Source of the DNA: Squalus acanthias
Lineage: Eukaryota
Length of the DNA: 64,000 nucleotides
Assembly (NCBI GenBank): GCA_030390025.1
Contig: CM059433.1
Span: forward strand, 1,550,001 to 1,614,000
Direction: 5' to 3'
The notes beneath the pieces were generated by a model. The model had not been told where the DNA came from, did not search any database, and saw only the letters and a list, made by a program, of their open reading frames with translations. Shown here one piece after another: positions 56,323 through 64,000 of this stretch (the first letter of the stretch is position 1; each line of letters opens with the position of its first letter). The position numbers and the translations under genes are program-made.

Positions 56323-59047
56323 CGGGAGGAGGGGTAGCATTGCTGGTAAAAGAAGGGATAAATGCAATTGAAAGGAAGGATATTAACTCAGTTAATACAG
56401 AATCTATATGGGTGGAGCTAAGAAATAGCGAGGGGCGAAAAACATTAATAGGAGTGGTATATAGGCCTCCAAATAGTAAAATAGAGGTTGGGGAGGGCAT
56501 CACGAGGGAAATTAGAGAAGCGTGCAATAAGAGCACAGCTGTCATCATAGGTGACTTTAACTTACATATAGATTGGAATAGCCTAATCAGTAAAAATAAT
56601 GAGGAGGAGGAATTCCTTGAGTGTTTAAGGGATGGTTATCTGGATCAATATGTCGAGGAACCAACTCAGGAACAGGCTATATTGGACTGGGTACTGTGCA
56701 ATGAGAAGGGACTAATTAGTAATCTTGTTGTACGGGGACCCTTGGGTCAGAGCGATCATAACATGATCGATTTCTCACTCGAAATGGAGAGCGAAGAAAT
56801 TGACTCAGATACTAAGGTCCTGAATTTAAACAAGGGGAATTATGATGCCATTAGACGGGAACTGAGTAGGTCTGATTGGACAACGTTCCTGGGAGGACTG
56901 GAGGTAGATAAACAATGGCAAGCATTTAAAGATAGAATGACAAAATTGCAAAAATTGTTTATACCAATCTGGCATAAAAGGAAATCTAAAAAGGTGACTC
57001 AACCGTGGATAACAGGGGAAATTAGAGACAGCATAAAATCCAAAGATAGGGCGTATAAAATAGCCAAAAAAAGCGCCAGAGCGGAAGATTGGGAACAGTT
57101 TAAGATAGAGCAAAGGAGGACAAAGGGCTTAATCAAGAGGGGCAAAATAGCTTACGAAAGCAAGCTGGCGGAAAATATAAAAACTAACTCCAAAAGCTTT
57201 TATAAGTATATCAAGAGGAAAAGACTGGTGAAAACCAAAGTTGGCCCATTGCAGTCAGATACGGGGGAATATATAACGGGAAATAAAGAAATGGCAGACC
57301 AACTAAATGCATACTTTGGGTCAGTCTTTACGAAGGAAGACACAAAAAACCTCCCTGGGATATCGGGAAAAATAGGGACATTTGCAAAGGAGGAACTGAC
57401 GCAAATCAATATCTCTAAGGATATGGTGTTAAGGAAGATAAAGGGATTGAAGGCGGACAAATCCCCAGGGCCTGATAACATGCATCCTAGGGTGCTGAAG
57501 GAGGTGGCCCAAGAGATAGCGGATGCACTAAGTATGATTTTTCAGAATTCATTAGACTCGGGAACAGTGCCCATGGATTGGAGGGTAGCTAACGTTACCC
57601 CACTATTCAAAAAGGGGGGTAGGGAAAAAGCAGGTAATTACAGACCTGTAAGCCTTACATCAGTTGTGGGCAAAATGCTGGAGTCCATCATTAAGGATGA
57701 AATAGCGGAGCACTTAGCAAATGGGGACAGGATAGGACAGAGTCAACATGGATTTACAAAGGGTAAATCGTGCTTGACTAATCTATTGGAATTTTTTGAG
57801 GGAGTAACTGGTAAAATAGATGGGGGAGAGCCAGTAGATGTGGTGTACCTGGACTTCCAAAAGGCCTTCGATAAGGTCCCACATAAAAGATTAGCAGGGA
57901 AAATTGAAGCTCATGGGATAAAGGGGAAAGTATTGACGTGGATAGAGAACTGGCTGTCAGATAGAAAACAGAGAGTTGGAATAAACGGCTCATTTTCTGA
58001 ATGGCAGGCAGTAACAAGTGGGGTACCACAGGGATCTGTCCTGGGTCCCCAGCTGTTCACAATTTACATTAATGACCTGGATCAGGGAGTCGGATGCAGC
58101 ATTTCCAAATTTGCAGACGACACTAAACTAGGAGGGGGGGTGGGCTCAGAGGAGGAGACCAGGAAGCTCCAGAGCGATTTGGACAGACTGGGTGATTGGG
58201 CGGATAAATGGCAGATGCACTATAATGTGGACAAGTGCGAAGTTATCCACCTTGGGTGCAGGAACGGGAGGGCAAATTATTATTTAAATGGCAATAAATT
58301 GGGAGAGGGGGAAGTACAGAGAGACCTGGGTGTTCTTGTACACCAGTCACTGAAGGCGAGCATGCAGGTGCAACAGGCGATCAAGAAGGCAAACGGTATG
58401 CTGGCCTTCATAGCAAAAGGGTTGGAATACAGGAACAGGGATACCTTGCTGCAGCTGTACAGGGCACTGGTGAGACCACACCTCGAGTACTGTGTACAGT
58501 TTTGGTCGCCTCATCTGAGGAAAGATGTTCTTGCCATGGAGGGGGTGCAGCGGCGATTCACCAGGCTGATACCAGGAATGGCGGGATTGACCTATGAGGA
58601 GAGACTATGTAGTTTAGGGATGTACACACTGGAGTTTAGAAGATTGAGAGGGGACCTCATAGAAGTGTATAAAATTGTGACAGGTCTAGACAGACTAGAT
58701 GCAGAAGGAATGTTTCCCTTGGCGGGTGAGAACAGAACTAGAGGACATAATTTAAGGATAAGGGCTAAACCATTTAGGACAGAAATGAGGGGGAATTTCT
58801 TCACTCAGAGGGTGGTGAACCTGTGGAACTCATTGCCACAGAGGGCAGTGTACGCCAGCTCATTAAATATATTTAAGAGGGAATTAGATATATTTCTACA
58901 GGCAAAAGGGGTTAAGGGTTACGGAGAGAAGGCGGGGACGGGATACTGAATTGGAGGATCAGCCATGATCTCATTAAATGGCGGAGCAGGCTCGAAGGGC
59001 CGGATGGCCTATTCCTGCTCCTATCTTCTATGTATCTATGTATCTAT
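56323..59047 (+). mobile_element. Young 5'-truncated CR1 LINE
   Basis: Uninterrupted ORF2 frame, 3' UTR hairpin and (TCTATGTA)n tail. Confidence 0.95.
56340..58949 (+). CDS. CR1 ORF2 (partial APE endonuclease + reverse transcriptase), intact frame, N-terminus missing
   Basis: 869 codons: VYRPP, IIGDFN, SDH, KSPGPD, NYRPVSLTS, YLDFQKAFDKVPH, GVPQGSVLGP, KFADD. Confidence 0.85.
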   Translation: MLVKEGINAIERKDINSVNTESIWVELRNSEGRKTLIGVVYRPPNSKIEVGEGITREIREACNKSTAVIIGDFNLHIDWNSLISKNNEEEEFLECLRDGYLDQYVEEPTQEQAILDWVLCNEKGLISNLVVRGPLGQSDHNMIDFSLEMESEEIDSDTKVLNLNKGNYDAIRRELSRSDWTTFLGGLEVDKQWQAFKDRMTKLQKLFIPIWHKRKSKKVTQPWITGEIRDSIKSKDRAYKIAKKSARAEDWEQFKIEQRRTKGLIKRGKIAYESKLAENIKTNSKSFYKYIKRKRLVKTKVGPLQSDTGEYITGNKEMADQLNAYFGSVFTKEDTKNLPGISGKIGTFAKEELTQINISKDMVLRKIKGLKADKSPGPDNMHPRVLKEVAQEIADALSMIFQNSLDSGTVPMDWRVANVTPLFKKGGREKAGNYRPVSLTSVVGKMLESIIKDEIAEHLANGDRIGQSQHGFTKGKSCLTNLLEFFEGVTGKIDGGEPVDVVYLDFQKAFDKVPHKRLAGKIEAHGIKGKVLTWIENWLSDRKQRVGINGSFSEWQAVTSGVPQGSVLGPQLFTIYINDLDQGVGCSISKFADDTKLGGGVGSEEETRKLQSDLDRLGDWADKWQMHYNVDKCEVIHLGCRNGRANYYLNGNKLGEGEVQRDLGVLVHQSLKASMQVQQAIKKANGMLAFIAKGLEYRNRDTLLQLYRALVRPHLEYCVQFWSPHLRKDVLAMEGVQRRFTRLIPGMAGLTYEERLCSLGMYTLEFRRLRGDLIEVYKIVTGLDRLDAEGMFPLAGENRTRGHNLRIRAKPFRTEMRGNFFTQRVVNLWNSLPQRAVYASSLNIFKRELDIFLQAKGVKGYGEKAGTGY

Positions 59048-59530
59048 GTGATCAGGTTATTGGTGAGCAAGTATCACTTGATAGCACTGTTGTCATTTTG
59101 ACATAAAACATGGCTGGTTCTTGGTGGGGACAACGCAGGGCAAGGTGTGTACAGTCAATTACACCTTGCACCTGGAGAAGTCCAGCAATGCGGGCAAATC
59201 TGAGAGTTCTCTCCTCCTGATCAGCAGCCTGCATTGGGAAGGTGATGTATTGCTATCTCCTTGTGAAGAGGGCACCCGTCACTTGCTTGATGTTTGTATG
59301 GACAGCAACTGACTGATGTTGCTTATCTCAACTGTTGGAGCTTGGAATGAGCCTGTGACATCGAAGTTGAGAGCCACCACAACCTTTCCAGCCACAGGCA
59401 GCGCTGTGTGTACCCTGGTGTTTGGCTCAAATTCCTGCTGGAACAGGTGACCTAGGTCAGTGACTGCCCGCCTGCTTCAATGCAACCTCCTCATGCACTG
59501 CTCCACTGTCTTGGTGAGGTAAGACATCCT

Positions 59531-60326
59531 GGCCGGAATGTTCCCCTAAAGAAAGGGTGAGTTTGGAGCGTGGGGGAAGTTAATTTGTTAAAAATGGGAT
59601 TCCCGAACTCCCGCCTCCAACCCGCCCACTTCCGGTTTTAAGGAAGGTGGGACGGGGGTGGGGGGGGGAGGACGGGGGCAACCAATCCGCTCCCAGGGGA
59701 CGGAATGTCAATTTAAATATTATAATGAGACTGGAAGCCTCATTTTTCACCTCTATTTTGTGTTTAACTGCCTGTGGACGGGTTTTACACAATTCGTGAA
59801 ACCCGGCAGTTAAACCGAGACGGGGATTGCTGCATCCAGGAGGTAAGTGGCTTTATACCCACCTCCTGGATCCAGGGTCCCGACCACACCCACCCCCCGC
59901 GATCAGAGCCCCCCCCCCCCCCCCACGAGGCCTCCGATCACTCCCCCAGGCCTCTGATCCCCACCATGAGGCCACCCCCCACACCCACCCCACCGATGAT
60001 GCTGAGGCCGGCCCCGATCCGCTCTCCCCCCCACCGATGCTCCGGCCAACATCCCCACCCTCCCCCCCCGCCGTCGATCCTCTGGCCCTCCAGATCCCTG
60101 GCCGACTCCAATCCCTGATCCCCGACCCTCCCCCCCTCCCGATCCCCCCGCGATCCCTTCCCCAGACCGACCCCTCGCTCCCTCTCTGCATCTGCAGGCC
60201 TACCCTGGCTGGCTGGCTGCGGGTGGGAAACCGAGGCCTCGCATGCTAATCAGGCCCTGCTGGTAAAGTCGACAACCCATCCCCATCCCCCGCCCCCAAC
60301 CCGCCTACCTGGAGAAAATTCCAGCC
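59531..60326. mobile_element. Harbinger-type MITE
   Basis: TIRs GGCCGGAAT / GGCTGGAAT (rc), TSD CCT; internal similarity to 23160-23365 and 26765-26860. Confidence 0.78.
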
Positions 60327-60334
60327 CCTGTTAT

Positions 60335-61038
60335 ATGTAGATGCTGAGAGGCTGTTTCCCCCTGGCTGGAGAGTCTAGAACTAGCGGGCGTAGTCTCAGG
60401 AAAAGGGGTCGGCCATTTAAGACCGAGATGAGGAGGAATTTCTTCACTCAGAGGGTTGTGAATCTTTGGAATTCTCTGCCCCAGAGGGCTGTGGATGCTC
60501 AGTCTTTGAGTATATTCGAGGTTGAGATCGATAGATTTTTAGACTCTAGGGGAATCAAGGGATTTGGAGATCGGGCGGGAAAGTGGAGTTGAGGTAGAAG
60601 ATCAGCCATGATCTTATTGAATGGCGGAGCAGGCTCGAGGGGCCGTGTGGCGGAGCAGGCTCGAGGGGCCGTGTGGTGGAGCAGGCTCGAGGGGCCGTGG
60701 GGTGGAGCAGGCTCGAGGGGCCGTGTGGTGGAGCAGGCTCGAGGGGCCGTGTGGAGGAGCAGGCTTGAGGGGCCGTGTGGTGGAGCAGGCTCGAGGGGCC
60801 ATGTGGCGGAGCAGGCTCGAGGGGCTGTATGGCGGAGCAGGCTCGAGGGGCCGTGTGGTGGAGCAGGCTCGAGGGGCCGTATGGCGGAGCAGGCTCGAGG
60901 GGCCGTATGGTGGAGCAGGCTCGAGGGGCCGTGTGGCGGAGCAGGCTCGAGGGGCCGTGTGGTGGAGCAGGCTCGAGGGGCCGTGTGGCGGAGCAGGCTC
61001 GAGGGGCCGTATGGCCGACTCCTGTCCTTATGTTCTCA
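60335..61038 (+). mobile_element. CR1 3' fragment with tandemly amplified 3' UTR
   Basis: FPLAGESRT..FFTQRVVNLWNSLP; TGTTAT on both sides (60329-60334, 61039-61044). Confidence 0.9.
60622..61012. repeat. 26-bp tandem repeat TGGCGGAGCAGGCTCGAGGGGCCGTG, about 15 copies
   Basis: Directly visible; the unit corresponds to a single-copy segment of the CR1 3' UTR (cf. 58979-59004). Confidence 0.95.
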
Positions 61039-63512
61039 TGTTATGAAACACCCACATGCTGTCTGGCCTCCTTCGGCCTTGCCTCCTTGGCCATCTCTGT
61101 TAAGCTTCCACAAGTCAGTGCTTGCTGCAGTTGCTGTTGCTGCACCAACTACTGCTGTTGTTGCTGCTGTGGTGGCCTCAATCGTAATTCCAGCAACATC
61201 TTTTCCAATACTCCCGCTGCCAGCAAAGTAAAACAGTGCAGCTGTAGCCAAAAATCAGTTCTCCAACAGCTGTGGAGGTTCAAAAACTACCAAAGCAGCA
61301 AAGAAATGTCTTCAAAAGTTCCCAGCAGCCAAAAACAACTATCCAGAGACTCACTCTAGTGGAAGTGGGGATTCCTTTAAATATCTCTGCTTTAGCCTGC
61401 TTCCTGGATATTGGCGCCATGTTTTTCTGGGTGAGCATAAGAATGGGCGAATCAAAAGCTCCCAGGCACCAATTTCCCAAAATTAGCCTAATATCAGCAC
61501 AGGACCCCTGGGGCCTCGGGCTCATTTTAGGCGGCCACCAGGGGCGTCTAAGGAGTGCCTTAACCAATATGGCGGCCGTGGCTTTTTGCGCACACTTGCG
61601 GCACGGGACATCCCACCGTAAAATTGGTAAGTGGAATGTTGATTTTGCGCCCAAAAACTTGGCAAGATACAAATGAATTTCTACCCCCAAGTGTTTTGTA
61701 TGTCCCTTGTGGTCGAATCGTGGTGTGCATCCATCCCCGAGAGTTTAGTGACTCCTTTCACAGTTACCGAATATGTTAAATATCTGGTAATATTGAATAG
61801 AAGTCTCAATAATTTATTTCCAGATTCAGAATATCCTAATTTTTTGAATCCCATTTCAGAATCTCCAAATATTCAACCTGGTCCTCACCACAGGAACAAA
61901 ACAAAATTTGATTTGGTTTCATTTTGGACGTATTAATATTCCAAAAGTTTATTGAATTGCACTGTGAGCTTTTCATCTCTGTGTCGATCACTTGCCGACC
62001 TGGTAATCTAGATGTTATTGCATTGTGAGCTAGGGGGGGCCGGGGTGGAGATTCGAACAAATAGAGCTCATACATGCTACAGTGTGTTTGTGCCAGGGCT
62101 AAATAGCTCTTGCATTTAGAAGAAAATATAATGGTACATACCACAGACAATCCTTAAAAAAAAATGGTCTTTTATTTTGTAATATTTACGTGGCACCGGT
62201 TTCATGGAAAAGTATTTGTTCTGAGAGGGAGCAGAGCCAGTGGTGTCATACATCATTTTCATCATGATAATAGCGCTTCGATAATAACAGCTCTCCTCAG
62301 AGTTTAATAGGAATCCAAAATGACTGTACACTGTCTATTTGTTACAGGTGAAGAATGAGGTTAAAATATTTTACTGGCATGATGAGACAGCAATTAAAAC
62401 AAACTTCTGAAAAAAGGGGGAAAAAAATAAATTGTGAATGGTGCAGAGACTTAGTGGGAAGGTTATCGCCCACCAGTACAGCATCAGATTTTTCACACTT
62501 GCTCTGGCACACCAGTCTGGCTTAAATAATTATTGTCTTCAGCATGATCTGGAAAACTATTTAACTTCACAGGTCGCATCGAGCCCTGGGACCTTTGAAT
62601 AATTTACATGGTGTAGGTGGGCAACAGTGGTTAGGTGAATGGGACAGTGCAAATCCCTGGCGATACAGGTCAGAAGTAGGGCAGGGGGAAATTGGAGTGT
62701 GGTCTGCAAAAGCCATTAGCACGCTTGCTTTAATCAGTCAGACTGTCAGTTAGGTTGAATTCCACAGTGGCGCATTTCCTCAACAAATTAGGTTGAAAGC
62801 TCCTGGCTTGGCTCGAGCTTCTTCGAAAGAAATCCTAACGTTTTGTAGCCCAGTGAGGCGTGGAACTGCCAAGGCACAGTACAACCCAGGCACAACCCTG
62901 GAGATATTATCCAACTCACAATTACTCAATTCTTTTGTATTATGATAATCTTGCTTTTTTTTTTAAAAAAAAGAAAGAAAATGATGGGTGATAACGTTCC
63001 CTTTGTGTTTCTGTAATTGCGCTTTTTGCAATTTTTTCTTCAGGAGTTTTTTTTTAACTACTCTGCTCTTATTATTTGTATTAAACTTGCAGATTAATAA
63101 TTAAAAGGAAACTGGGATTCTAGGGTTCATGGGAGTCCCACCAGGATTGTTTTAACATGCCCATTACAGTGTGCGCGCGACCATCAGCTTTCCAACTCTC
63201 TCCCATTGTCAGGCGCTGGCAGTCGAGGGCTATAATTGGAACTCCAGGAAGGGATGGAGATCACTGCAAATAAAAAAAAGAGGTGGGCCGATATTATAGC
63301 TGACTCCCTTCTTCATCCTTCCCTTCATTTTGTTTGATTCCACAACCAGTGGAGATATGTGGTAAAAGCATTACTGACTGCTGCCCAAAACACTGCGTGA
63401 TCCGGGGGGCTTAGCTTATTCAGGGGAAGAATTCAGCCTCAGCAGGATAAGAGTTTAGCTGTGCGTGGCCAAGACTTAAGTTTAAAAAGTGGGGTGGGCG
63501 GGAGGCGGGAAT

Positions 63513-64000
63513 GAATGACCACAGATACAACTATCACTTGTGGGCAGGGGGGGGGGGGGGGAAGAATGACCATAGATACAACTCTCACTAGTGGGGGGAG
63601 GGGGGGGGAATGACCATAGATACAACTATCACTAGTGGGGGGAGGGGGGGGGGAATGACCATAGATACAACTATCACTTGTGGGGGAGGGGGGGGAATGA
63701 CCATAGATACAACTCTCACTAGTGGGGGGAGGGGGGGGGAATGACCATAGATACAACTATCACTAGTGGGGGGAGGGGGGGGGGGGAATGACCATAGATA
63801 CAACTATCACTTGTGGGGGAGGGGGGGGAATGACCATAGATACAACTCTCACTAGTGGGGGGAGGGGGGGGGGAATGACCATAGATACAACTATCACTTG
63901 TGGGGGGGGGGGGAATGACCATAGATACAACTCTCACTAGTGGGGGGGGGGGGGGAATGACCATAGATACAACTCTCACTAGTGGGGGGGGGGGGGGGGA
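63513..64000. repeat. G-rich minisatellite, about 40-bp unit GAATGACCATAGATACAACT[A/C]TCACT[A/T]GT(G)n, running off the window edge
   Basis: About 12 copies visible, each with a long G tract. Confidence 0.95.

Larger units (their letters stand above)
55096..59097 (-). mobile_element. Second-family CR1-like LINE (55096-56322 plus 59048-59097), split by a young CR1
   Basis: GVPQRSILGPTIF, MFADD, HHRRTVAAVCTIYKMH. The sequence appears to resume after the inserted CR1 tail. Confidence 0.75.
59098..61688 (-). mobile_element. Degenerate Harbinger transposon (transposase pseudogene plus one terminus) with nested insertions
   Basis: Minus strand VFHN|RMSYL..EQCMRRL...TALPVAGKVVVALNF..TGSFQ...FARIAG..QVQGVIDCTHLAL; terminus GAATTTCTACCCCC at 61675-61688. 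Confidence 0.8.

Noticed and set aside
60608..61359. 207-aa and 194-aa repetitive ORFs
   Set aside because: Translations of the 26-bp CR1-derived array.

Overview
Eukaryotic genomic DNA, inferred to be from a shark or other cartilaginous fish because of its repeat families (HE1-like V-SINE, SacSINE1-like DeuSINE, CR1/L2 LINEs, Penelope elements). The only host gene is MYCN (N-myc) on the minus strand. Its coding exons are 13935-13218 and 10180-9493, its 3' UTR runs to an AATAAA at 8825-8820, and the promoter lies near 14.9-15.5 kb. As assembled, the last exon has a 1-bp frameshift inside an expanded poly-Glu trinucleotide repeat, most likely a consensus error. The rest of the window is gene-free flank densely layered with nested transposons: CR1, L2 and Tx1-like LINEs, SINEs, PIF/Harbinger elements and their MITEs, a hAT-type MITE, and several minisatellites. 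The most striking structure is a perfect 332-bp palindrome (43230-43561). It is a fold-back Penelope pLTR insertion with a 12-bp target-site duplication, carrying a minimal hammerhead ribozyme motif on each strand; a second copy of the motif at 486-523 supports the fold by covariation. All assignments are by-eye motif recognition; no searches were run.
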